This document shows positions 12,585-25,374 of a DNA stretch of 64,000 nt, one piece after another. Where the stretch lies: positions 161,031-225,030 of the forward strand of contig NMRA01000656.1 in NCBI GenBank assembly GCA_002633005.1, written 5' to 3'. A program made the position numbers and the translations under genes. Within the stretch, counting starts at the first letter, position 1; the number at the start of each line of letters is the position of its first letter. The stretch is from Phoronis australis (lineage: Eukaryota > Animalia > Phoronida). A model generated the notes under the pieces. That model ran no database searches, was not told where the DNA came from, and saw nothing but the letters and a program-made list of their open reading frames with translations.

Positions 12585-13881
12585 AGGCGAAGGCAACCTT
12601 TTTTCATGTCATTTTAAGCAAAAATAGGGTTTGTTGATTATCCCAGACATATTTTTCACTTATTTACAGCTTTTCCTAATTTAATTAATTACTCGTCGTC
12701 TACTCCGGAAGTGACGTTTTGGGAGGCATCAATTTCACGCCAATTTCTTTTCATACAGTCTGACTGTGAGAGCAGTCCAGTAAGTCATTGTTCTACCTCG
12801 GTTGTGATAAGTTCGGTCGTTGTTTGCTTTTGTTTACGAGTCGGTCAACATGCCACACTGTTGCTGCATACTCATTATCATCTCACGTACAGAGGAAGAA
12901 CTGTTCCACTTGCCCGGGTGTCCTGCGACACACTCCCATTGGATGGTGACTTGAGCACCCAAACTGCTTATATCCCGCCGTGCGACTCCCTCGTCACACA
13001 CGTGGCACCTTCTAAATAGCTCGAATACAAGTCCACTTATCAAACTTAGGCTCACCGATATGTTCATTGGATGACGAACTGTCCTTTTCACTGGGTGTCA
13101 AACTGGGCCTGTATTCACTCCCACTACTCAACATCGCTGCAGTCGCTGCTTACAGGCTCTGGGCTAGAGACAACAGCACACGGAGAATCACTGCTAGTTC
13201 CTGGAATTGCACGCTATGGGGTACGTTCGGAGGAATGGGTGACAGTAGATGAAGTGCCTCCAGTCACTGTACATAGTGGCCAGGACTCGCAAGGCTTCTC
13301 GCTTCATAAATGCACTTCTCGGGGGTGGCGACGGGCCACTGCCGAGAATCAACAGTGACGGTATGGAACCCTTCATAAGGTGTTGTTTCGCAGGGACCTT
13401 CATCAATTCAGCGTACATATCTCTGTCGTAATCTGACGGCTGAAAATGCTTGCCACTGCTTTGTACGTTGCGTGAACGGGTAGCGCTGCGTTCTTCACAT
13501 GAACGAGCTAGCCAAGTAAGGCGAAGTGTGTCATCCTTCGCAAAGCGATGCAAGGTACCCAAAGCGCGTGTGAGACGATAATGAGTACATCCTGGCCCGC
13601 AGCAACAGCGTGGCATGTTGGCTGACTCGTAAACAAAAGCAAACGACGACCGAACTTATCACATCCGAGGTAGAACAATGACTGACTTGACAGCTCTCAC
13701 AGTCTGACTGTATGAAAAGAAATTGGCGCGAAATTCTTGCCTCCCAAAACGTCACTTCCGGAGTAGAGGACGAGAAATTAATTAAATTACGAAAATCTGT
13801 AATTAAGTGAAAAACATGTCTGGGATAATCAACAGACCTTATTTTTGCTAAAAGTGACATGAAAAAAGGTTGCATTCGCCT
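12585..13881 (-). mobile_element. Kolobok-like non-autonomous DNA transposon with ~300-bp TIRs and a truncated THAP-transposase
   Basis: TTAA TSD (12581-12584, 13882-13885) and AGG...CCT termini. 12585-12886 is an imperfect inverted copy of 13570-13881. TTAA TSD, RR...YY ends and a THAP transposase are established Kolobok characters. Confidence 0.85.
12887..13616 (-). pseudogene. Frameshifted N-terminal half of a THAP-domain (Kolobok-type) transposase
   Basis: MPRCCCGPGC...LHRFAKD...W...KHF...GSIPSL matches the THAP pattern. It is followed by RSAFMKRE, EPKF and, after a frameshift, ELFRRCHVC...IQWECVAGHPGKWNS (CxxC...C..GH...W.S zinc-binding-like motif). No catalytic domain is present. Confidence 0.75.
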
Positions 13882-16276
13882 TTAATTTCAAGAATCATCA
13901 TGATGTAGAGCAATAAAGCAGTTTGCTAAACTACTTTCTGCGACTTTCTTTACAGTAGATGGATTGACAAACAAAAAATCCATGAGCACCTTCGTTCCCT
14001 GTAACCTGTCTTCTCTTTTTCCAAATAATAACAACGAGAATAGTCTGGCAACAGCCCTTTTGGTTATGTATTCAACAATCTTATAAGAATTAGCCATGGG
14101 AAATCTAACAGATGAACTTCAACAGAAAACAAGCATGACAAGTGCTTAGAAAGCTTTATCAACAATGTAGTCAAACAGTGAAATGTTACCTTCTCGTGAA
14201 TATTCCTCAAACATCAACCACACATATAATGAAATTCTCCATACTTCTAGTACTACGATGAGGTTTTAAAAATGGAAAATGAAAATTTTGTCAACGATTT
14301 TCATCTGAATTTTAGGAAACATAGTGCACAATTACATCTGTTGGAAGAAGGTCAAAACAAAATGCCAACATACTGTTTACTAAGTCACAAATTTTTCTTA
14401 AATACCAAATTTTGTAGTTAACTGATCACAGTAAACCAGAGCCACACATTTCTATATACATGCACCAAGATGGATTCATTATACTCTTATAGAGACCTCC
14501 CCAGTAATGTCATAGACAGCACCCCTGCAGAGCAGTTCAAAGGGGTATCAGTTACAATCCGATTTTTTGCAGGTGTCCCGACACAAGACTAGACATAAAA
14601 CACCCTGTCATCAGTGCAGGTGTGCTTAGGTCTGTCACTGCACCCAGGACCACATTCCCGACATACTTCAACTTGTCCTAAACATGTGTATTTGGCAATG
14701 TGAGATAAGAGATGGATATTCAAGACATAGTACAGCTGATTGGCCACAGACCTACCTGTGTAGGGTCTTCTGAGAATCAACTTACAGGTGTGTAATAAAA
14801 GGTGAACTGGGTGCAGAGTGGAAAGGGAAGAACATCTTATGATCCTGAATTCTTTGCTCTGTGACAGGTAGTCAGCGAATTTAAAAGGAGACATTGAATT
14901 TCAAATCGCCCCATTTTCCCATACATTAGGGGTCCATCATACAAAGGGAGTTTTCACTACTATCTTAAACAGGAACCGAATAAATGCCAAAACACTTGAT
15001 AAGACCTGCACAGAGACACATCCCATGTTTTTGACCAAAGTTGTTCCCTTTTGCTCAACCCAAGTTCATATCACCAAGATTCTATTTTCTAAGGATGGTC
15101 TCGAACGTTTTGAGAACAAATTCCATGAGACCGGGCCTTCAGCAGGAACTTAAGACAACATTAAAGAAAAAGTGACCTTACTACAGTTTTATTCGATAAT
15201 GAAAAAGGTAAACATTCAAAAGAGTGCCACATAATTTGAATTTCTGACGCTCTTTCAAGCTAACAAGGGCCCAGAGCTCATCGCACATTTGTCCTAAACA
15301 TTTTTGCATCCAACGTTTGTTGCAGGTTTGTAAGCCATTAACCCAAAGAATGGATATCAAGCATAAATGTTCCTCACAATCTTCCCACTAACAAATCTTT
15401 TACGCTACCTCAGTTGCACCCATAGCAAAAGGTAGTTACTGAAACTTGAAAAACTGGCCACACGTTATAAAATGTACGACCGTAGCACAACCCCGGAAAT
15501 CCGTTTCACATTATGTCCAATTTCGTATTCAACAGTTCCCTTCCATTAATCCAAAAATACCTGGTAATTCCTCACTTACTTCACACAAAAATAATTGCTG
15601 GCCAAAATGGTAGTTTTCCCATTTTTCAAAGGCTGAGTATCATGTTGCAAATTAAGGAAACTTTACCAAATTTTGTTTTACGATATCCACATACTCCAAA
15701 CCGAGCTGGTAATGAACTAAAATGTTCTTAAGCTTAACCTTTGTGGAGAAATTGACGAAATAGTATTTTACTTGTTGGCCACATTGAACGATAAATAAAT
15801 GAAGAATTATTTTAAGAGTGATGCCTAAAAAGGCTGTTGTAAATGCTATTTTGAGACAAATGAAAGAAAAAGTAGAGCGTAATCACAGTGACCACATTCA
15901 TCCAGTGTTCATAAATTGATGACTAAAAAATCATAGGACATAAGGTTAATCTTGTTTTCGAAAAGTCGAGGGTAGACATTTACCAGTGATTAAGCAGAAC
16001 AGGGGCACTCAATAATCTTGTTTTTGAGAAGTTGGGGGTGGCCATTTAACTGAACCGTCAACTGGGTAAAAGCCCAGAGAGCTACACTGATGTTGCACTT
16101 CACGTGCAAGAGTCAAATAAAAGAGCGTGGTCTGTAACCAATAAACGATAACGCAGACTGCAGAGTAGGGTCCGCTGAAGCTGACAGATCGTTACTCAAA
16201 GGTGAGCAAGTTTTGTACCATACGGTAGCCAGAATTCAGATGAAAAGGGTGTCCACAATGCCACAGACACCTTTAA

Positions 16277-17904
16277 AAGGGAACTGTAATTTATTCTGAA
16301 TAAATTCTGGATAGTTTTCTATGAATTGTTGATTAATTACACAAATAATTCAACACCAAAAATTAAACTTATATTCTCTAAAGAACCTAAAAAAATTACC
16401 GGCTTGGAGCGCTGCTTAGTCTCGTGACGTATTTGGCGGGGGCAGTCTCTGTCCTGTTTTAGCGTGCAATCAAGTAGCGTTCTTCATAATTGTCGGAATA
16501 AGAAATTTTAGTGTGAAATGTCGGGTCACCAGGGATACCTGTTTGAGCCGAGGCAACACAAAGTGATACCCAGTCATCGTCAGACGAAAATTTGCCGGTG
16601 CAACTGGTGTCAGTGACTGTGCCGAGGGCAATGTGGACTCTAGCCATCCAGTCAGCCAGCTGTCAGCCAATACTCCGGCAGCTCTGTAAACTTGAAGGGT
16701 TGGTAAGTTACCTACTTTAGCTGTATGAAGACTATCGTACCACTGTGTGTTGAGCTCCGTTAACCCCGAAATTTCAGACAGCCATTGACTACCCGGGTAT
16801 AGTTGACTCAGTTATGCTCGTCACCTCGTCGTAAAACTTAGGCTACATCAACATATAAAGCTAACGGACCGGCGGGGGCGCATGCAAAATCTGATATAGT
16901 CACCCGACACTTCCATTGTTCGTTGCAGCCGTTTAAGTGGAAAACAATCAAATAAACGTCCTTTGGTAGCATAATTTGCCGCCTTTTTAACAAAGAAGTG
17001 TGTTGTCCGTTTCAAGAACAGCACGCTCGTGACACGGCGCACGCGCCATTTCATAAAAATTTGAGACGTCTTTCGGGACATCATAACAGCTTCGCAGCAC
17101 CAAGGTTGTTCTAAAATTCGGTTTGCTGGTGTAAAAATACTAAAAACTTGAAACAAAATGAAACAAGCTCCGATAATTTGTTATAACATGTACGCAACCT
17201 AGGTACCGTCAGCGACGAACACATGATAAAAGAATCAGGGGGAAAAGAAACTGGTAAAGGTCAGGTGACGTAATCGCAAAAAGCCGACTCAAGAAAACAC
17301 ATCACAATTTTACTAGCACCAGCCGATGAACGATCGCTAACATTTCCAACACCGGTAAATACAGAAGTTAGTTTACTCTAGGAACCTGGTTCCTAGGTTT
17401 ACTCAAGGATGACTTAGTTTTAATGACATTTATTTGAGTCAGATTTTATTTGTACATTTTTTACCCATATCGGCTAAAACCTGTAGGCCCATGTCTACAC
17501 TGAGCTTTGGGCCAAGGCTTGGGTAACCCGGCGATGGTATGCGATGACCATCCCTTTAGAAGACACCTTTTTCGAAGAGTTTGAGCAACCAGGTGCCATA
17601 CAAAAAGGCATAGCGAACCTTTCACAGCACTGTGGCAAACAATAAAAAATAAGGACGATTGATACAATGATAAATTACGATGTAAACTCTTCAAATATGA
17701 CATAAGCAATGAATGTGTAAAACAGCCGATACCCCGCCGTTCACGTCACTGACACATCAGCCAATCAGAGATCGCTTTCAGAATTCAGTGTTTTGACCAT
17801 GAATTCGAATTGGCTTTAGTTTGGCACGCAAGTCAGGCAAATGTGAGTTTTATTTGTATGTTAGAACCGATTAACTGCAACATTATTTTGACTACAGTCC
17901 CCTT
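16277..17904 (-). mobile_element. Kolobok-like non-autonomous element with a THAP start remnant
   Basis: TTAA|AAGGGAACTGTA ... TACAGTCCCCTT|TTAA (12-bp TIR, 1 mismatch). The minus-strand ATG at 17611 reads MPFCMAPGCSNSSKKVSSKGMVIAYHR, a THAP N-terminus. A CCAAT box lies at ~17761. Confidence 0.75.
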
Positions 17905-18734
17905 TTAAGGAAGTCCCCGTTTGGATAATTTGGGGGGATATGGTAAGCCAAGCATAGGTTCTTAAAAGTGAAAATTTGGAGATTTGGGGGGACTCGGCGT
18001 TAAAGCAGAGCACGAGGGTTAACCAGACAAAAACAGTACTTCTCTTCCTTAATTAACCATTACTTGATAGTTAAGACAGTAAAGGTAAATAATCAGCGCA
18101 ACCTCGCCTGCCACCACAGCCTCGCCTGCCTCCGGTGGTGTTCATTCTACAAACTTAGGCAGAGACAGATTATAATCTATCCACAGCATAGCATGCAGCT
18201 GTTTCAGTCATAGTTAGATTTTTGCCCACGGACAACTACGAGTTCATTCATTATTCTATTGAGCTAATTTAGTCAAAGCTGTACAAAAATACCGTACTCC
18301 ACAAATAATTATCAAATAAATAACAATTTCCCTGTCAGTCTAACCTCAATAACAAATCCAGGTTTTGCGTGATCACGTACAAAAGTTAAATCCGAATTAT
18401 TGACATCATAGTTTTACTTCCAGCTTTCATATTATACGGAATTCAATAAACGGTTCCATAGCGTGAGTCATGAATAAATCTTTTTATTTCTCATTAGAGG
18501 CAGTGTCTGGGTCTGGAGAGAACTGGTGGACTGTCATTGCTAACACCAAGGCTCTACAACCTAACTTGTCATGGTGGGTCACTCTATTCACCTAACAATA
18601 GCCAACCAACCCTTTTCAAGATCAAAAACCACTTCTGAACTGAGTTATGAACAATTTGAGATCAGTTTTATGATGGAATGAGGTCTAAATCCAAATTAGT
18701 TTTTTCACGGGATCCAGGTTCATGGCTGCTTTAA

Positions 18735-19054
18735 AGGGACATTCTCAACAAGGAAAACAATTTTATAGAAATTAACAGAAGCGTGGAGTCAAAACAACTA
18801 CCTCTGCAGTTGCAGCCGCGCACTCTGCCGCTGAGCCGAATACCTCGCATTAGGCAGCAAGAGTATTTTGTGTACTTAAACCGTTGATCTCAGTGAATGT
18901 CTGGCAGACAACAGCAAGAATTGGCGATGTGTAATAAAATCCAACAAACACAACAGATTTTGTTCCATAGCTCTGGTCAAAGTTACTAACTTCAACAAGT
19001 CTATCCCATTCAACAGTAATCCTAGAATTGTGTTTTTTCGCCTCTAACGTTCCC
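18735..19054. mobile_element. TTAA-flanked MITE family B, copy 2, containing a tRNA-like cassette
   Basis: TTAA|AGGGACATT ... AACGTTCCC|TTAA; internal homology to 9185-9520. Confidence 0.7.
18783..18847 (-). pseudogene. tRNA-like (A-box/D-arm, GCA-containing anticodon-like loop, decayed T-arm) sequence inside MITE B
   Basis: Minus strand reads GGCTCAGCGGCAGAGTGCGCGGCTGCAACTGCAGAGGTAGTTGTTTTGACTCCAC. The paralogue at ~9226-9295 keeps TAGC and GCAGGTTCGATT (B box). No acceptor stem was found. Confidence 0.45.
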
Positions 19055-19791
19055 TTAAATCAGACTCCAGTACTGAAGGAACATCCCCATGACAACAGAA
19101 TGGTAACTCATCACATCATTGAATGACATCCATGACCTCACCAATTTCAATGCAGGCAGCACCTGATTCACTCAGAACCTAAATTTGACACCTTACATCA
19201 TGTCAGTGTTTATTGTTAGGGTTAAATTAAACTCTCATAAAATCTAGATTTCCCAGAAAACACATGGGACTTTTCAGGCAGTATTCATTACTTAAACACC
19301 CTCATGTTTACAGAGAACCCATCTAAGTTTGACTCACAATGTTAATTCAGTTCCCATCCTTTGCCAAACATCAGAGATCAATGTGATCAACCACATCGAC
19401 ATCACAGAATTTCACCTTCTGGGAGAACGTTGAACTTTTTACGATAAGAATACATGAAAAGGTTTTAAGATGTAATAACGGCTTTGTGACAGGTTCTAGA
19501 AAATAATTAGACGTTTGTGGACAAAAGTGAGCTCATCACAACAAAAGAGGTTAGGTAACTGGTAGAAGATTACTGCTTTTAATGGAAAGTATCACAAGAA
19601 CATACACTGAAAAGGAACTACACACATTTCTACCCACACGCACGCACACACGCACCCACACACACACACGTGTATGCCCTAAAATATGAAATCCAAGAAC
19701 AAGCCAGGTAGCCACTACAATAAGGCAAAATCTCGCCAATTTCAGACAAAACTGGCCAACTTTCATTTTTAGCATTAGTTAGGTCATGTAT

Positions 19792-20152
19792 GTCTTCTAT
19801 GAAAAAGTTTTTAAAAAATCACACGTCTGCCATATTGTGCGTAAGTGGTGAGATCCTGTTTGTAACTCTAAGCACATTACTTTACTCAGGGGAGACAACC
19901 CAATCTTACACGCAGTCAAACATGACAATGGTAGTGTGAAGGCATAAGATGCGCACAAACTGGTAAGAAGTCTTCTATGAAAAAGTTTTTAAAAAATCAC
20001 ACGTCTGCCATATTGTGTGTAAGGGGTGAGATCCTGCTTGTAACTCTAAGCACATTACTTTACTCAGGGGAGACAACCCAATCTTACACGCAGTCAAACA
20101 TGACAATGGTAGTGTGAAGGCATAAGATGCGCACAAACTGGTAAGAAGTCTT
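19792..20152. repeat. Tandem duplication, 178-bp unit x2
   Basis: GTCTT starts at 19792, 19970 and 20148 (period 178). Three substitutions between the copies were seen by eye. Confidence 0.9.
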
Positions 20153-21593
20153 AACCAAAAGTTAGTTTATTCCACAGAATGCAGGTTTGTAGCTGCTTTA
20201 AAGCTGTTTGTACTACAGGCACATGCAACCCCAGTTAACTGTTTATCAATATCAAGTTTAGGTGTGCAATTTCCTAACTTCCCTTAGTATCAATTAAACA
20301 GTTTACTATGTCAATTATCATATCAATTTATCTTCCCGTTCATGCATCGGTTAAACTAGAACTGGATAGCTGACCACATGCTAAACTTTCCATTTTCACA
20401 ATGTAGCAAGCAGTTAATTAAAGGAGAATGCTTAAGTTAGCCAAGTAAAGATCACCAATTAGGACTTGCATTTCATAAACCATTAATCATGCTTCACCTG
20501 GACACACTCAAGGCTAGGTATATATCAATCTATACATCCATTGTAAAGCCTGTTTAATAAAAACTCCATGACAGGATTAGCGACTAATCCCTTAATAACA
20601 ACAGCTTGGGTTTTTATGGGCATTAAAAGGCCAGGGATTTGTCCAGGTTTCCATGTGGCCAAGCAGGCCTGGCAATGTCGCCAAAATCTCAGGTACTCGA
20701 AGCAAAGGAAATTATTGTACAGAACAGTACAAACAGGGGAACTGAATTATAACATTTGAGTTGGTTTCCCACAAACGTAAGGTTGTGAGACAAAAGAATT
20801 ATGGCACAAAACCTAAGTTTTGCTAGTCTCAAAAAATCAACAGTTAAACACCAACGCAGATTCAATTAGCATTTCTCAATCACAGGGTACAGTTCAGTGG
20901 TACATTTTTGATGTAAAATAAAACCCCATACCATGAAGATCTGGATTTGTTGTCACACTTGAACTAACTGTCTGTGTAATATGCTAGGAGTTTATTTACA
21001 GAAATTCCAGGCATTGATACAAACTCAAAGGAAGTAAAGGTTCCTTCAACAAGTAATTCTGGAATTAGCACTCAAGAGGGTAAATGAGGTAGGATGTATG
21101 TGACATTCTTGTCAGAACTACACAATTCACAACGATGATGTCATTCACTAATACAATGAGGCTCTGTTTTGGATGGGGAGGTACTAAAGTTCACCTAGGG
21201 TCACACTAGCTGCTTCTACTACCTGAGATAAAGGGCAGCATGTGGTTAGCAAATTCTGACAAAAAGTCTTGCTTGCACTACCTTACAAAAACTACATGTC
21301 GTGTAGCCTTTGGCTCAATCAATCTGGTCTATTGAGGATTAATTACAATCACACACCCTGGACAGTTTCTCACTGGTCTTGAGCCACCTCTGTCTAGACT
21401 AGTATCACGGAAGTCAGCTTGGCATGCCATATGGAAAATGACAGTTCCCAAAGAAAAAAAATAAATATTTTAAGGCATTGTGGGACAAGAATTTGGCAGT
21501 GGTTATGAGAACATAATGCTGTGACAATATGCGCATAGTTTCTACAACTGGTAACAGAACTCGGACCAACTGTAGCTATTTGGCTTTTTAAGA

Positions 21594-21865
21594 CCTGGGT
21601 GCCATTTTATGAAAGACCATATTAGTCTATATGTCCAGTAGTAGCCGAGATCATCTTCTCTTATTTTTCTATTACCACTGTTTATTAAAGTGATTTATAC
21701 GTTCAATGAGTGAATTTACGTCAGCTGTGCAATGCTTAGTTCTTCTTAAAAGCACTGAGCATCGCGTTCAATGCCAACTACCTATGAGCACCTAGGCAAC
21801 GCCAACTCCCTATGAGCACCTCAGCAACAACCGGGCATACAACCTATGATAAAACAGGCCCCAGG
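21594..21865. mobile_element. Probable degenerate MITE
   Basis: CCTGGGTGCCATTTTATGA vs TGATAAAACAGGCCCCAGG form an imperfect inverted pair. There is an internal 28-bp direct repeat of CAACT(A/C)CCTATGAGCACCT. Confidence 0.4.
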
Positions 21866-22064
21866 ATTTTAGTCAGCCATTGCCTAGCAAATATTCAGCA
21901 ATTCTTGACCCTCAACATGTCGTATCATTCAACATCAACGGAGACAGACACACGTGTACCTATTCTGAAATATAGTATTTATGTAACCTATCTGAGATGT
22001 AACCAACTTCGATTTGAAATGCAATATGGCAGAATAGTGTAATTTATTGTAAAATTATATAGTA

Positions 22065-22230
22065 CAAGACAAAAGTAATCGGACAAAATGTCATTTTTTT
22101 CATGTCATGACGGCTAATTCTGTTAAAAGCAAAAATCAATGGTGATAACTGTAAGGACGGCAAGATTCTAACTGCAGACTGGCGTCCTAACGGCGGAATT
22201 TCGGGTCATTTTGTTTGAATTTTTGGCTTG
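22065..22230. mobile_element. Short TA-flanked MITE
   Basis: TA|CAAGACAAAAG..CGGACAAAATG and CATTTTGTTTGAATTTTTGGCTTG|TA are imperfect inverted ends. Confidence 0.45.
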
Positions 22231-23594
22231 TACTGTAGCATAGCTGCTCTACACACCACAATGCAGCTGCACGAGCAGTTTTAAGGCTGTAGCAGACCTT
22301 TCTAAGATGGGAAAGTGACAGTTTTGGCAGAGTTTTCGTTTCAATCTGAAAATTTTTTCATTATACCACCACGTTTGAAATGTGCTTATGGGTAGTGGCT
22401 TAGTTTTGAGTGAAATAAGTAGTGTGTCTTTGCATGTGCAGACACCCCGATACTCGTCGAACTTGTAATTTTCCTCTTCCTCATAAATGGTTACTAAATC
22501 ATGTGCTAAATATTTTAACAGTGCTTAACATATAATTACAAAGAAGATATCATGTAAGTATAGACTTGTTTGCTTGATGAACAAAATCTGCAGCTATCGT
22601 TTCCACAGTCAACCAATCAAACTCTTTATGGTTAACGTTTTTGAACAAACATAAATACTTGACAACTTGAAAACTTTTCATTTCTATTTCATTATTAGCA
22701 GGAAAACTGTCACTACCACCGAAAGTCACATGACACTACACTCAAAACTGAGTGGTTATGACAATAATAACATAACATTTTGATGCTGTGGTTTTGGTCA
22801 CTCCCAAAAAGTATCTCCAGTGGAACCACAAAATAGTGTCAAAAATCTAATTTTAGAATCAACTTCTAATCGGAGAAATAGAATGCTCTTATTTTAATCT
22901 GTGCATCGCCTATCGGAATGTGAGCAGGAAAGAAAACAAACACACGGTCCAATTGCAGATTCTTCACCAGTTCTTTATCAAAAAACTCTAGACAAAATGT
23001 CTGCCCAATTACAACCTCTGTTGTTGATAATCACTCGCCACGCCTAACGAGGCTATGGGTACTCTGAAGAGTGATTGTTGATCTGTTTTCATAGCTAATA
23101 TCACAACCAATTTGTGTGTTTGAGGCTTATGCCGGGCAAAAACTATGTTATTGTACATGGACGGAAGAGGTGACTGTCCTGAGAGAAGATTGCAATGAAA
23201 ACAGATGTGGTCGGGCATTTAGCACCAAAGTGTAAAAAGAAGTCTTAGAAAGATAAGTCGTCTGACTAACTCATTAGCTCAGAATCCATCTAAGTTCAAA
23301 CTATTCCTAATCTCTGGACATTTATGCATTCACATATGTACAAGGAAATTGCACATCTTGAACCTGAAACGTATTCCATATAATGGGTCCGGGTTCTGCT
23401 ACATATTCAAAATGGGAACCAAAGCAATAACCAGGGCTATTAGGAAAATGAGCACAGGAAAGTTACGGTACTTACTGATGAACACAAAATCCTCTCCCAG
23501 ACAATATCAAGACCAACTATCCCTTCCTTGACATGGCAAATTACCCAACCAAGTTGGCAGTGGAATGTTACATAGTGGTAAACCTAATTCTTTA

Positions 23595-24094
23595 GGCCCT
23601 TTCATATTGACTTAACTCCGGTCTGAGCCGAGCGTCAACGTAAACAGCGCAGTTAACTGGATCGTTCATACTGGCTTCGGTAGGTAATGACCATCGAAGT
23701 AAAGGGTTGGTGACGCTGACGTCATCGAAGTTATCGCAAGGCAGCGCTGCACGCTAAGGTTTTTTTCAATGTGACAATTTGGGAGCATTTAAATTTGCTA
23801 AATGACATTAAACTTATTTTTAATCGATTGGTTATCATTAGAGCAAAAATAAGTAATTAGTGACGGCACTACTCTGTAACTGTTGACGATAACAGTGGCA
23901 CCTGGCAATAATTTCGATTGGACCGGAGTTAAGCGTTCATACTGCACCGCAGCGTCGACGCTGTGGTCTTAAATCCACCTATTAACTGCGATGTTAACTG
24001 GAGCTGTTAACTGCGATCCAGGACCGGAGTTAAGCGTTCATACTGACCGCAATTCCCCAAACCATCGACGCGTCGACGTTAGTATGAAAGGTCC
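23595..24094 (+). mobile_element. MITE family A (PIF/Harbinger-like), best-preserved 500-bp copy
   Basis: TIR GGCCCTTTCATATTGAC / GTTAGTATGAAAGGTCC, flanked by TTA and TTT (TWA-like TSD). Contains three internal (C)GTTCATACTG repeats. Three copies occur in the window. Confidence 0.8.
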
Positions 24095-25001
24095 TTTTGG
24101 GTATTATGGAAGCTTTGTCAATCTAACCTGGCCACGTGCTCATTTTAGGTGTATATTTTCTCCAAGGGTCAACATTTCGATTTGTTTATCTAGTATCTGG
24201 TCTACTAAAGGTGTTGAATTGAACATGTCCATGGGTGCATTTCTTCAACACGAGACACTCGTGAGGCTTGTGGCGAGAAATCTTGGCTTATGGAATGGAA
24301 ATAGAGTTTTTATTTACTGCTTGATCTCGCAGACCAATCATTTCAATGGGGACTCATCAAAACACCAGCTTTTCACTCTCACGGTTTAAGGTGGTCTTAC
24401 ACGATCTTGCTCAACGGAATGCAGCCCAGCATTCAATCTGTCAAAGTTGACCTCAAAATGTCCTGACCAAACAGGCATTAAAGTTAGACAAAGAACAAAC
24501 ACTCTCCCCAAGACTGTCAATAATGCATCAAATCAAATTTTTGACAAAACAAAGCTTGAGCGGAAGACCTCTCATCAAAACCAGCTATGCAGCTTCCTAC
24601 CAGCCGTTATTGTTTTTACCTTCTCTGAGACACACCAACATGTTTTTAATAAAATTCAAAAGGCATCTTGCCTGTCTTAATGCACCACAAATCTTAATAA
24701 ACTTTGAGATGCACACTCCTTTCTAAACATGCTCAGGGTTATCAAGAAACAGTTAACATTTTATGGCTTTATGCCTCTGAAGTTTTGTGAGGTGAAGCAG
24801 GAAACTGTGTTTCAGATCAGCACACGGAAACCAAACTTTCGACTCTTGTCATATGAGCATAAAAACTTTGAATGCATCTTATTGTAACTCATAAAAACAA
24901 TGGGGCTCCACATAATACAAACTGACTTTGCTTTCCCACCAACGTCGCAGCTATACAGTTTTGAGGCGCCTCGTCAAAAATCGCACTCCTACCATTAAAT
25001 A

Positions 25002-25374
25002 CGGTAAAAATTCTCCAGTTTGAGAGAGTGAAAATTAATTATTTTCATCAAGGTTGGAGCTTGTACTAAATTTTAGAAATATTCGATATTGGTCGTTCTA
25101 ACATCAAGAATTACGATCAGTGACTAACGATCATTCACTCAATATGTTACACATATGAAAACGTATGAAAACATTGCATCAGCAGGTATTTTCGATAATT
25201 TTACAAATAGCCAAGTCTCTGTTCATACAAAGTGCAGTGAGACATTTGAGACACATGATAAATGGCAAAATCGTCCAATATTGCCCCAATTTCAAAATCA
25301 AGAAAATTTAATTTCGACTTAAATTTTGAAGTCGTACATTTTTGAGACTGTCCCAAACCAGAGAAGTCTTACCG
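25002..25374. mobile_element. TA-flanked MITE family C (Tc1/mariner-pogo-like ends)
   Basis: TA|CGGTAAAAATTCTCCAGTTTG ... CAAACCAGAGAAGTCTTACCG|TA. Related ends occur at 9755-10035 and ~35836. Confidence 0.7.
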
